A DNA stretch of 58,986 nucleotides, counting the filler. It is 5 parts of 5 records of this genome, joined end to end, with 100 filler letters (N's around TTAATTAATTAA, not from the genome) between each part and the next. Parts side by side here need not be neighbours in the genome. Positions count along the whole stretch, not along the records: positions 37,138 to 48,486 come from SRR31156797_18241; 4 more parts are not named here. The stretch is one strand, 5' to 3'. The translations under genes were made by a program, and so were the position numbers. Each line of letters starts with the position of its first letter. Positions within the stretch are counted from its first letter, which is position 1. A model generated the notes under the pieces. The model was not told where the DNA came from. It saw nothing but the letters and a program-made list of their open reading frames with translations, and did not search any database. Shown here one piece after another: positions 38,741 to 48,586 of the stretch.

Positions 38741-39505
38741 AGCTGCCACTCCGCAGTATTTAGGAAGAAGTGGTTCAAGACTTAAGTACTTGGACTTACA
38801 TTCAATAATGGTAAGTAGGAACCGTGACCAACGCGCGACTATATTGTGATCGATTCATTAAGGCGGGTTTTTTTCTTGTCGGGACGAAGGGGGATTCGAA
38901 GTGGCTCGGCACGACATGGTGTCAGCGGAACAAAACGTTGGAGTTAGATTCGGTATTTTGACATGGTGTCTATTCCCTGCCAATTCCGCGGACACGTTTC
39001 GAGGGAGCATCGTTTTTCCTTCGATTTTTGTCTTTGGCGCACAAAAATAGACAAATTTTTTTTGTCCATTTCTGACACGACGCTGCGCGACAATTGGCCC
39101 ATATTACGGGAGTATCAGGGTGAACGGGTCCGATAGTCTTCAATGACCGTTATTTCCGCTTTTGGCACGAGGCGAACATTTCTTCTAAGTCTCCTTGATG
39201 CCCGCTTCGGGTTAAACGCAGTCCAATTAGAGCGTCGCACCATTACGCTCAGGACCGTCGCGGCCTTGTGGGCCAAAACCGGAATAGTTTTCGACATAGG
39301 AGTATTGACCACTGCTGACCTGCCCCCACGAGGTGGTCCAGCGCGAAGTTCTCTCCAATCCGGAAAAATCTGGACCTTTTCGTTGTTGTTTTTGTTTTTG
39401 TGTGGACCAAGCAATAAGAGGAACTCTTCTGTTATCGCCTTTTGGTATTTAGCGGCCTTTCTGGATCCCAATCGTCAGCGACCGTTTGTGACCAAAAAAC
39501 AGGCG

Positions 39506-40105
39506 TCAAGCATTCCGGTCGATCGCCTTCCGCACTGCATTGGCCAGTTCGCCGTCGTTATAGGGTTTAGGTAGCATGGCCTTGGCGAGATTCGACGTCA
39601 GTTTCTGTTCGCCGTTGATATATACTTCCCGTTTCTTCGTGAAGCCGCTGGTCAATAGCACTTTCAAGTTCGGACGAAGATTCAACGCCTACACCGCCAG
39701 TCGACAACCGTCCATTCCGCGAGGCATGATGACGTCACTGAACAGCAAGTCGATTGACGCGTCCTGCTGTAGCACCTCGAACGCTTCCTTTCCGGAACTC
39801 GCGGCGCACGTCCGGTACCCTAAAGACACGAGTATGTTCGCGGCGGCTTCGACCAGATCCCCTTCGTCATCGGCGATCAATACGGTCTCGTCGCCGGTGG
39901 GAAGTTCGTCCGTTACGAACTGTGGCGGTGAAATGTCTTCCACGTTGCCGACCGCTCTCGGCAGATAGAGCCTGATCGTGCTGCCCGCACCGGCTTCCGA
40001 ATAAATCTTCACGTGACCGCCGGACCGGCGCACGAACCCGTAGACCATACTCAGGCCCAATCCTGTGCCCTTGCCCACTTCTTTGGTCGTGAAGAAAGGA
40101 TCGAA
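39506..40105 (-). pseudogene. Remnant of a hybrid histidine kinase (HATPase end plus REC)
   Basis: FDPFFTTKEVGKGTGLGLS..VLIADDE..LFSDVIMP; in-frame TAG at 39689-39691, after which the receiver continues (LKVLLTSGF..LPKPY); no H-box upstream. Confidence 0.85.
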
Positions 40106-40586
40106 CGGCGAAAAAACGGAACGCTGGGCCAGGAAAAGAATGCCGCAGGGCTGTTCGGACTGGTCTGTTGCCGAAATCGAGGCCGCGCCGCCTTCATGCG
40201 CTGTCATGGCTCATAAAAACGAGGCCAAGGCAGATAATGCCGAGTTCAACCGACCGCCCATTCGAATGCACCCGAAACCGTTATCGCAATGCAGTCGTCG
40301 CGCCCTATTTCGCCAAGGTATTTGTCCTCAAATACGAAACTTGGTTGATGATAGGGGCATATTTTATGGCAGCTTAATCTGAAATCCACATGATGACCTA
40401 ATTGGTCTTCAAAATGGTTTGAGTAAAATGAACTCCAATCGGCGATGAACCGTTTTTGTGACAAGCTCTGCTTCTGGCACTAACCGGACAAATCACAGTG
40501 GATGTTAGACGGACTGTTCTTGTATCACGCAAAGCCACCGTCAAGATCGAGATACCAAAAATCAAAGTGGTTGAAACTCCGATTCC

Positions 40587-41342
40587 TTACGCCACGACGA
40601 TCTCGACGCAAGCTTCCTCCATCGCCAATTTGAGCGCGGGTGGCGGAACCTCATCCGTGACCACGTGCGTGAACTCCTCCAACGCTGAAACGCGCACGAA
40701 GGCCGTCTTGGCGAATTTAGAGCCGTCGACGGCTAAAACTGTTGTGCGCGCACTGGCCATCGCCGCGGTCTTGACGTTGACCTTCTGAACGTCGAAGTCC
40801 ATCACCGTGCCGTCTTCGTCAAAGCCCGAGCACGCGATCACAGCCACGTCAAACTTAAATCGTGCGATTTGGGCATCTACCTCGCTGCCGACCAGGGAGC
40901 CGTCGGGGCCGTGCAACAACCCACCGGTGACGACCACGTTGAGATCCCGGTTCTCCGCCAACGCCGCCGCCGCTGCCAAACTGTTGGTGAAGACGTGCAG
41001 GTTGTCGCGTGCCGCGATGGCCTGCGCCACCGCCTCGACCGTCGTGCCTACATCCAGATACACCGCCGCGCCATAGGGAATGAGCATCTCGGTCGCCTGA
41101 CCGATGCGCCGCTTGCTTTCGATGGCCGCGCTTTTCTTCTGGCTGTAGGCTTGCCGTGTGGAGTTCTTGGGGAGTCCGGCGCCGCCATGAAACCGCATTA
41201 GCAGCTTGCGCTTGTCGAGTTCAATGATATCGCGGCGGATGGTCTGGGCGGACACCTCAAGTTCTTTCGCCAGCGTTTCGATGGTCGCGAAGCCCCGAGT
41301 TTCGATCCGTTGCACGATTTTGCGTCGGCGTTCGATGGTCAT
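40587..41342 (-). CDS. DeoR/GlpR-family transcriptional regulator
   Basis: VSAQTIRRDI HTH, RFHGGA, LDVGTT, FTNSL, DGSKF. Confidence 0.93.
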   Translation of the reverse strand: MTIERRRKIVQRIETRGFATIETLAKELEVSAQTIRRDIIELDKRKLLMRFHGGAGLPKNSTRQAYSQKKSAAIESKRRIGQATEMLIPYGAAVYLDVGTTVEAVAQAIAARDNLHVFTNSLAAAAALAENRDLNVVVTGGLLHGPDGSLVGSEVDAQIARFKFDVAVIACSGFDEDGTVMDFDVQKVNVKTAAMASARTTVLAVDGSKFAKTAFVRVSALEEFTHVVTDEVPPPALKLAMEEACVEIVVA

Positions 41343-41372
41343 GGGCGGTCCTTTATATCTACGTTCCTCAAA

Positions 41373-41417
41373 GCGCCACGAAAGCGTCACTATACGGTCA
41401 TTTTTTTACATTATTAT
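41373..41417 (+). promoter_or_regulatory. Pho-box-like direct repeats plus -10 element
   Basis: GCGCCAC-GAAA-GCGTCAC-TATA-CGGTCAT (11-bp period), then TATTAT 10 nt downstream. Confidence 0.55.
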
Positions 41418-41467
41418 GGAAGATAATTTACATTTTGATCTATACTTCTTTAGCGACGGAGTGGGGC

Positions 41468-42100
41468 ATGCGATCTCTGTTTCTTTCAAGCGACCGCGCA
41501 ATTTTACACGACGGAACGCGCCTGTTCGAGCCACAGAAGTTCGTTTGGCGGCAAACGGATACGGATCTCGTCAACGCCGAGACAGTGTCCCTGCGTGACG
41601 CGGTGCGTTGGCTTTATACGGAAACGAACGGACCGCGCGTGCCTGTCGGCGTCATCGGCCCCCGCAACGCAACGCCGCGACAGGTGGTGATCGCCGAGGC
41701 GTTGGGGCAGCAAATCGCCGCCCTTTCCCTGCCCCTTATGAATGGGGGAAAAGGTGGCGTTATGGAAGCCGTATCAAAAGGTTGCAGAGAATCGGGAGGC
41801 TGTGTCATCGGACTTTTGCCGGAGGGCGATTGGTCGGAGGCTAACCCCCACGTGACAATCCCCATCGCGACGGGAATCGGTAAGGCGCGCAACGTGTTAA
41901 TCGCCCAATCGTGTGTGGCCCTGATCGCCGTGGGTGGTGAGTTGGGCACGCTCTCCGAGATGGCCTTTGGGCGACATTTCGACAAGCCCGTATTCGCCCT
42001 GGATGACGCGCCGGTTGTCGAGGGCGTCCAGCGGCTGGATAGCGTCGAGGCGGTCATCGACGCCTTGGCCGGAGTCATCCTGAACTTCTCCGAGACGTAA
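41468..42100 (+). CDS. TIGR00725/LOG-like Rossmann-fold protein
   Basis: VGVIGP, GGKGGVMEAVSKG, IATGIGKARNVLI, GGELGTLSEMAFG. Confidence 0.85.
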   Translation: MRSLFLSSDRAILHDGTRLFEPQKFVWRQTDTDLVNAETVSLRDAVRWLYTETNGPRVPVGVIGPRNATPRQVVIAEALGQQIAALSLPLMNGGKGGVMEAVSKGCRESGGCVIGLLPEGDWSEANPHVTIPIATGIGKARNVLIAQSCVALIAVGGELGTLSEMAFGRHFDKPVFALDDAPVVEGVQRLDSVEAVIDALAGVILNFSET

Positions 42101-42178
42101 TAAAACGGTCAAAAACGTCATGTAGTTTACATGCACGCTTTCCGGAGGCACCAGTGGGCGGGAAAAAAAGCAAATCTC

Positions 42179-43339
42179 ATGATTGAGTTAGAAAACCTGG
42201 GCAAGACGTTCGGGGAGACGCGTGTCCTCAGCGACGTGTCGCTCACTATGGAGGAAGGGAGCTTTACGACGCTCCTGGGACCCTCGGGGTGCGGTAAGTC
42301 GACCACCCTCAGAATCATCGCCGGGCTTGATCAACCGAGCGAAGGCGTGGTCCGCATCCGCGGCAAGGACGTAACGGATCTGAGCGCGGCCGACCGCAAC
42401 ATCGCCATGGTGTTCCAGTCTTATGCCCTATACCCCCACATGACCGTGCGCGAGAACATCACCCTGCCGCTCAGCATGCGCACCATGAGCCGGGTGGAGC
42501 GGTTGCCGATGCTGGACCGGATTTTGCCGTCGGCCCGCGCCAAGGCGACGCTGAACGCCGGAAAGGTGCGCGCCGTCGCCGAAATGTTGGAGATCTCGGA
42601 CCTACTGGAGCGCAAGCCTGCCGCTCTTTCCGGCGGTCAGATGCAGCGCGTGGCAGTGGGCCGAGCCCTGGTGCGCGATCCGGTGGCTTTTTTGCTGGAT
42701 GAGCCGTTGTCCAATCTGGATGCCAAACTGCGTACCCAGATGCGCGGCGAGATCGTCGATCTGCATAAACGAACTGGACGCACATTCGTTTACGTGACCC
42801 ACGATCAGGCCGAAGCTATGAGCATGTCGGACCGGATTGCCGTTTTTATGCATGGACGCATCGTTCAAGAAGCGACGCCGAGGATCTTGTTCGAACAGCC
42901 CGACACCCGAGAGGTAGCCGCCTTCGTTGGCGACCGGCCGATCAATCTAATTGAGCTGGATGCAACGGATGGCCGCTTGGGCGCGCCGTTTGACGCCTAC
43001 GCCGTTGAAGGTCCCGAGACCTCGGACCGGATCGTTCTCGGTATCCGCCCCGAGACGTTGGAGATGGACCGGAACGCGCTCCTCAAAGGACGCATGGAGC
43101 GTTTGGAGTACTTAGGATCCGAGGCCGTTGCGACGGTCAGGCTCGATGATGCCATAGTGCTTCGCATCGCCTTGAACACCAGTGACGCCTTGCCGGAGGA
43201 GGGAGCGGAAGTCGGATTGCGTGTCAAGGAAACGGCGACCCACGTCTTTGACGCGGTGGACGGGCGACGCATCGGCGTTCGCCTTGTGAAGCGATCCAAT
43301 GAGCCGTCGCGTAGGCGGGCCGGGAGCGCCACACCATGA
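42179..43339 (+). CDS. CUT1 ABC ATPase (UgpC/MalK-like)
   Basis: GPSGCGKST, VFQSYALYPHM, LSGGQMQRVA, LLDEPLSNLDAKLR. Confidence 0.93.
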   Translation: MIELENLGKTFGETRVLSDVSLTMEEGSFTTLLGPSGCGKSTTLRIIAGLDQPSEGVVRIRGKDVTDLSAADRNIAMVFQSYALYPHMTVRENITLPLSMRTMSRVERLPMLDRILPSARAKATLNAGKVRAVAEMLEISDLLERKPAALSGGQMQRVAVGRALVRDPVAFLLDEPLSNLDAKLRTQMRGEIVDLHKRTGRTFVYVTHDQAEAMSMSDRIAVFMHGRIVQEATPRILFEQPDTREVAAFVGDRPINLIELDATDGRLGAPFDAYAVEGPETSDRIVLGIRPETLEMDRNALLKGRMERLEYLGSEAVATVRLDDAIVLRIALNTSDALPEEGAEVGLRVKETATHVFDAVDGRRIGVRLVKRSNEPSRRRAGSATP

Positions 43340-44238
43340 CGACAAGCCGGCGACAGTTGCGTGAAATTCTCTACGACTTGCAACTCGCCGGGCCGGCGAC
43401 ACTGGCCATGCTGACGCTGATCTTCGTACCGGCGCTCGTGGTCGGCGTGCTGTCGTTTACGGACTATTTGTTCGGGGCCGGCGATTTCAATTGGATCGGG
43501 CTCGATAACTATATCGCTTTGTTCGGTGACGAATCCGGGCGGCGTGCGGTGGTCAACACGCTTATTTATGTGGCCGCCGTCATGCCGACTTCCATAGTCT
43601 TAGCGTTGTTGGCGGCTGTCGGCATTCATGCCGTCGCCAAATGGAGCACCGGCACAGCTCAGTTTTTGCGGACGGCCTATTTCATGCCCGTCGTGGCAAC
43701 CCTGGTTGCTATGGCCACGGTTTGGCAGATGCTGCTGCATCCGAGCCTGGGGCTCGTCAATCAGGTCCTGGACCTAATCAGTCTGCCTGGCCGCGAATGG
43801 CTCTCGGACCAGGGTCTCGTTCTCTACACTCTAGCCGCTATCGGAGTGTGGGAAACGGTCGGCTACAACATGGTCCTGTTCCTGGCCGGGTTGGCGGCCA
43901 TTCCTAGGCATCTGTACGACGCCGCTGAAGTGGACGGTGCAAAACATGGCTGGGAGCGGTTCTGGACCGTCACCTGGCCCATGCTGGGGCCGACGACGCT
44001 GTTCGTGCTGGTGGTGACGGCGACCCGGTCATTTCGAGTTTTCGAAACGGTCGCCACGCTCACGAACGGCGGGCCGGGGTTCGCTAGCGACGTGCTGGTC
44101 TTCGCCATGTACCGCGAGGGATTCGTTTACTTCAAAGCGGGGTATTCGGGCGCCATCACCATGGTGTTCTTCTTCTTTGTGCTGACGTTGACGCTGACAC
44201 AATTGCGGATCGTCGAGAAAAGGGTGCACTACCGATGA
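43336..44238 (+). CDS. CUT1 ABC permease (UgpA-like)
   Basis: WIGLDNY; LYDAAEVDGA EAA loop. Confidence 0.92.
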   Translation: MTTSRRQLREILYDLQLAGPATLAMLTLIFVPALVVGVLSFTDYLFGAGDFNWIGLDNYIALFGDESGRRAVVNTLIYVAAVMPTSIVLALLAAVGIHAVAKWSTGTAQFLRTAYFMPVVATLVAMATVWQMLLHPSLGLVNQVLDLISLPGREWLSDQGLVLYTLAAIGVWETVGYNMVLFLAGLAAIPRHLYDAAEVDGAKHGWERFWTVTWPMLGPTTLFVLVVTATRSFRVFETVATLTNGGPGFASDVLVFAMYREGFVYFKAGYSGAITMVFFFFVLTLTLTQLRIVEKRVHYR

Positions 44239-45065
44239 CGAGGCGCGCCACCCTTAAGCGCGGCGTTACACTCGCTTTGCTTTTGGCCGGGGCGGCACTC
44301 ATTTTGTTGCCGTTCTTTTGGATGGTATCGCTGTCGCTCAAACCCGCGGACGAGATCTTTGCGCCCGGTATCGATTTCGTGCCCAACCGGATCGAATGGC
44401 GCAATTACGTGAAAGCATTCGAAGCCGTACCGCTGTTCCGCTTCTTGATGAACGGCTTCATCGTCTGTGGCGCCATCTTAGGTTTACAGATTGCGCTTGC
44501 GGTACCCTGCGCCTATGCCCTGGCTCATCGCAATTTCTGGGCAAAGAACGCCATTTTCGGTTTGGTCGTGGCGGGGCTACTGGTGCCCTATCACGTGACC
44601 GCCATTCCGGTCTTCTTGGGATTGGCCAAGCTTGACCTCCTCAACACTTACAGCGCGTTGGTGCTGCCGTTCATCGCGTCGGTGTTCGGAATATTTTTGT
44701 TTCGCCAGTTCTTCGCAACCGTTTCCAAGGACATCATCGATGCGGCGCGTATCGATGGGCTCAGTGAACACGCCATTGTCTGGCGGATCGCTTTCCCATT
44801 GGCTTGGCCCGCGGTGTCGGCATTTGCCGTCTTCTCGGTAGTCGCTCATTGGAACGACTTGTTCTGGCCTTTGATCGCGGTTTCCGACCCCGATTTGGCG
44901 ACGCCGCCCAGAGGCATTTTGTATTTCCGCGATGAGGAGGCCGGTTCGGATTTCGGTCCCCTCATGGCGGCGGCGACCATGGTCACCGCGCCGTTGGTGC
45001 TCGGTTTCCTGGTGGCCCAACGGAAGTTCATCCAAGGCATCACGTCAAGCGGGCTAAAGGGCTGA
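44235..45065 (+). CDS. CUT1 ABC permease (UgpE-like)
   Basis: IIDAARIDG, WNDLFWPL, QRKFIQGI. Confidence 0.92.
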   Translation: MTRRATLKRGVTLALLLAGAALILLPFFWMVSLSLKPADEIFAPGIDFVPNRIEWRNYVKAFEAVPLFRFLMNGFIVCGAILGLQIALAVPCAYALAHRNFWAKNAIFGLVVAGLLVPYHVTAIPVFLGLAKLDLLNTYSALVLPFIASVFGIFLFRQFFATVSKDIIDAARIDGLSEHAIVWRIAFPLAWPAVSAFAVFSVVAHWNDLFWPLIAVSDPDLATPPRGILYFRDEEAGSDFGPLMAAATMVTAPLVLGFLVAQRKFIQGITSSGLKG

Positions 45066-45143
45066 GGTAAGACCCGGCGCCCAAAGGGAAAAGCACGACT
45101 TTCATGACACGATTTCGATCGATATGACACTAGGAGGGTAGAC

Positions 45144-46406
45144 ATGAAACGTACGCTTATTGCTTCCGCAGTTCTCGGTTTCTTTGCCTTCAATGCGGCG
45201 CAAGCGGCCGATGTGGAAATCAAACTGCACTACGCACATCCCAATCTCTGGAAAAACATTCAGGAAAAGATCGCCGAAGCCTTCATGGCCGAAAATCCGG
45301 GGATCAAAGTCAAGCTGCTGGCTCCCGCCAAAACCTATGCGGAAGGCGCCCAACAGCTCCTGCGTGAAGCCGTCGCTAACCAACTGCCGGATATGGCCTA
45401 TGTGGGCCTCAACCGCTGGCGCATTCTGGAGGCCCGCGGCCTTACCGTGGCGCTGGACAAAATGATCGGCGACGCCAAGTCGTTCGAGACGAAGGGCTAC
45501 ACGCGGGCTCTCCGTTCTCTCGGCCAATACAAGGGCAAGCAGTACGCCATTGCGGCGGCCGCTTCCAACCTGGTTATTTACGCCAACCCGGAACTGGTCA
45601 AAAAAGCCGGTGGTTCCATGGACAACTTCCCCAGCGATTTTGATTCCCTGATCGCGCTTGCCGCCAAGATCAACGACATGGGTTCCAAGATCGACGGCGC
45701 CTGGGTGTCCACCCACGACTGGCGCTTCCAAAGCATGCTGGGCTCCTACGGCGGTCGTCCGTTGAATGCCGATGAATCCGACGTCACCTTCGATAGCCAA
45801 GCCGGCATCAATGCCGCCAAACTCTACGCCCGATTCGCCAAAGAAGCCGGTATGAAGAAATATGGCGGCAACGAAGCCCGCCAAGCCTTTGCCGCCGGCC
45901 TGCTGGGCCTTTACATCGACAGTTCGTCGTACCTCACGCGCGTGACCGAAGCGGCTGGCGATCGCTTCAAGGTGACCGTCAAGCCGTTCATCGTCGCCGC
46001 CAAGGATCCCGCCACCGTCTACTTCCCGACGGGCGGCTCTGCGATCGTCATGTTCACCAAAGACAAAGCCAAGCAAGACGCCGCTTGGAAGTACATGCTG
46101 TTCGCGTCCGGTCCCGAAGGCGCCAAAATCGTCGTCAACAATTCCGGTTACGCGCCGACCAACGCCTTGGTTCTCAAAGACGAGAAATACCTGGGTGCGT
46201 TCTATGCCAAGAACGAAAATTCACGCGTCGCCCACGCTCAGGTCGCCAGCTACGCCGGCCCCTGGTACGCCTATCCGGGTGCCGAAGGTGTGGCCGTCAC
46301 CGACCTGATCGGCGCCGCCCTGGTGGACGTGGTCTCCGGCGCCGAGCCCGAACCGACCATCAAGAAACTCGCCGACGATGTTCGTGCTAAACTGGGTATG
46401 AAGTAA
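45144..46406 (+). CDS. CUT1 substrate-binding protein (UgpB-like)
   Basis: Signal peptide; YANPELVKKAG, PTGGSAI, AAWKYMLF, SGYAPTN; SD AGGAGG. Confidence 0.9.
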   Translation: MKRTLIASAVLGFFAFNAAQAADVEIKLHYAHPNLWKNIQEKIAEAFMAENPGIKVKLLAPAKTYAEGAQQLLREAVANQLPDMAYVGLNRWRILEARGLTVALDKMIGDAKSFETKGYTRALRSLGQYKGKQYAIAAAASNLVIYANPELVKKAGGSMDNFPSDFDSLIALAAKINDMGSKIDGAWVSTHDWRFQSMLGSYGGRPLNADESDVTFDSQAGINAAKLYARFAKEAGMKKYGGNEARQAFAAGLLGLYIDSSSYLTRVTEAAGDRFKVTVKPFIVAAKDPATVYFPTGGSAIVMFTKDKAKQDAAWKYMLFASGPEGAKIVVNNSGYAPTNALVLKDEKYLGAFYAKNENSRVAHAQVASYAGPWYAYPGAEGVAVTDLIGAALVDVVSGAEPEPTIKKLADDVRAKLGMK

Positions 46407-46614
46407 ATTTCTGCTCGGAACACCGTATCCTGCCGAATATGGCGGAAGTGACTTTGGTCGCTTCCGCCTGCTTTTTATGCGCAATCGCCTCGCTGATTTG
46501 TACGTTCTTTTGACCTGCTCCGCATAATGTCAATTTTGATTTCAAGTATGAAATCTGACGTTCTCTAAGCGTCATGCCCTTGAAGGGTTGCGGCCAGATG
46601 TCCGCTTCGGGCCT

Positions 46615-48289
46615 TGGCTGTGTAAAAACGCTTGCGGGAACGTCGACCGTTCTTTGGCTTGGGATGCGAGGGTCGTTTTTCGATCAGCGGACGGATTTGG
46701 CCGCGAACAAGGCTCTATCGGGCGGTTTCGCGGTCTGAAGAGGTTTTGCATGGGTTTTTGGCGGCGAGAACACGCCGGCAGCGCGGCGTTTCAGGCCCGC
46801 ATGGCCGCCACCAACGATCCGGTTCCGAGGATATTGATGACGCGGGTGAGATTATAGGCGAGCACGTGCAAGGCCATCTCCGTGCGCACGTTTCTGAGCC
46901 TTTTCATGAGGAAGTGGGTGGCACCCATCCTGGCCTTGATGGTGCCGAAGGGATGCTCGACGGTCTCGCGACGCCGACGCATGGCTTGCGGGTCCTGGTC
47001 GAGCCGGCGCTGTACGACGTCCACAAGATGCTCATGCTCCCACCGCGTGATGCGGCGCTGTTTGCCAGTGGTACAGCGGTGCTTGATGGCGCAGGTCTGA
47101 CAGGCGTTGGTCCAGTAGCGGCGTAGGGTCAGGCCCTTTTCTTCATTGGTAAAGTAGTATTTCAGGCACTCTCCGGCGGGACAGATGTAAACATCCTCCT
47201 CGGCGATGTAGCGGAAGTCCTGTTTGACGAAGCGGCCCTTGGACCGGCTGCCCGATGTCATCGGCTTGGGCAACGTCACCGTGACCTCCGCCTCGGCACA
47301 GGCCAGGATTTCCTCGCTGTTGAAGTAGCCCCGGTCGGCAACCACATCCAGCGCCTCAACGCCGAGCGTCGATTTCGTCTTCTTGGCCATGCGGGCCAGT
47401 TGCGAACGGTCCGACCCGGAGGTTGTCACATCGTGCGTCACGATCAGGTGGTGTGTGGTATCCACCGATGCCTGGACGTTGTAGCCAACGACCCCAGAGC
47501 CTCTGCCGCTCGTTGCCATGGAGCGGGCGTCCGGATCGGTGAGCGAGATCTGTTGGTCCGGCGTGTCGAGCATCTTGGCATTGAGCGCTTCGAGGCGCTG
47601 CATCTCCTGCTTCAGCTTGGCGATTTTCTCCTTCAAACGGGTGGCCCTGCTCGCAAGAGCTGGGGACGGCTCCTGGCGATCGGCGCTGTCCAATTGATGC
47701 AGATAGCGCGCGACGCTTTCCTCGATCTGCGCCATGCGCCGCTCCATCTTGGCGCGGGTGAAGTTGCGGTCCCGGTTGTTGACCGCCTTGAACTTGCTGC
47801 CGTCGATCGCGACGCTGGCCTCGGCGAAAAGACCAATCCCACGGCAGAGTTCGACGAAGCAGGCGCAGACTTTGCGAATGGCTGGGCCGTTATCCTTGCG
47901 GAAGTCGGCAATCGTCTTGTGGTCCGGAACCAAGCGTCCGGTCAGCCACATGACTTCCATGTTCCGCCCAGCCTCGCGCTCAAGGCGACGGCTCGACTGA
48001 ACCCGGTTGAGGTAACCATAGACGTAGAGCTTCAAGAGAACCGACGGATGATACGACGGCCGGCCCGTCGCCTTGGGATCGACGCCGCTGAACCCGAGAT
48101 CGCCAAGATCCAACTCCTCGACAAAAACGTCGATCACCCGAACCGGGTTGCTTTCGTCGATCCAGTCCTCAAGGGTCTCCGGAAACAGCGTCGACTGGCT
48201 CCGATCCACACCTTCCACGAAACGCCGCATCCGATCCTCCGTTAAGCATCCACAGGAATCGTAACACGCACGGCGTTTTTACACAGCCA
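46615..48289 (-). mobile_element. IS1182-family insertion sequence
   Basis: Perfect 17-bp terminal inverted repeats TGGCTGTGTAAAAACGC (46615-46631) and GCGTTTTTACACAGCCA (48273-48289) flanking a single transposase. Confidence 0.9.
46791..48230 (-). CDS. IS1182-family DDE transposase
   Basis: GRPSYHP..YGYLNRVQSSRRLE, PDHKTIADFR, IDGSK, TDPDAR, ADRGY, VEHPFGTIK. Confidence 0.95.
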   Translation of the reverse strand: MRRFVEGVDRSQSTLFPETLEDWIDESNPVRVIDVFVEELDLGDLGFSGVDPKATGRPSYHPSVLLKLYVYGYLNRVQSSRRLEREAGRNMEVMWLTGRLVPDHKTIADFRKDNGPAIRKVCACFVELCRGIGLFAEASVAIDGSKFKAVNNRDRNFTRAKMERRMAQIEESVARYLHQLDSADRQEPSPALASRATRLKEKIAKLKQEMQRLEALNAKMLDTPDQQISLTDPDARSMATSGRGSGVVGYNVQASVDTTHHLIVTHDVTTSGSDRSQLARMAKKTKSTLGVEALDVVADRGYFNSEEILACAEAEVTVTLPKPMTSGSRSKGRFVKQDFRYIAEEDVYICPAGECLKYYFTNEEKGLTLRRYWTNACQTCAIKHRCTTGKQRRITRWEHEHLVDVVQRRLDQDPQAMRRRRETVEHPFGTIKARMGATHFLMKRLRNVRTEMALHVLAYNLTRVINILGTGSLVAAMRA

Positions 48290-48486
48290 GGGTCATTCTC
48301 GGAAGAGTGTGACAGTGCATTTTCACCGCTCACCATTTCCGCTCATGGCACTTCTCTGACAATTATACTCGCATTCCGCCCGTCCGCTCCTTGGACATGA
48401 GCGGACTCGTACCGGGTAATGCTCATAAAATCTTGCGGAACACCCCCGGGTTCCGACTAGATGTACGGTCCCGTCATTTGATGGAT

Positions 48487-48586
48487 NNNNNNNNNNNNNN
48501 NNNNNNNNNNNNNNNNNNNNNNNNNNNNNNTTAATTAATTAANNNNNNNNNNNNNNNNNNNNNNNNNNNNNNNNNNNNNNNNNNNN
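48487..48586. other. Artificial contig-joining spacer
   Basis: N44-TTAATTAATTAA-N44. Confidence 0.98.

Noticed and set aside
39689-39691. In-frame TAG as pyrrolysine or readthrough
   Set aside because: The gene is also 5'-truncated and no pyl genes are present, so ordinary decay is the simpler explanation.
39162-40490. TGGCAC at ~39163 and ~40475 as sigma54 promoters
   Set aside because: No GC at the -12 position; both belong to the degenerate repeat.
13695-48586. Four identical TTAATTAATTAA motifs within N runs, and any functional link between genes across them
   Set aside because: These are artificial linkers. The fragments differ in composition and gene content, so cross-fragment systems cannot be inferred.
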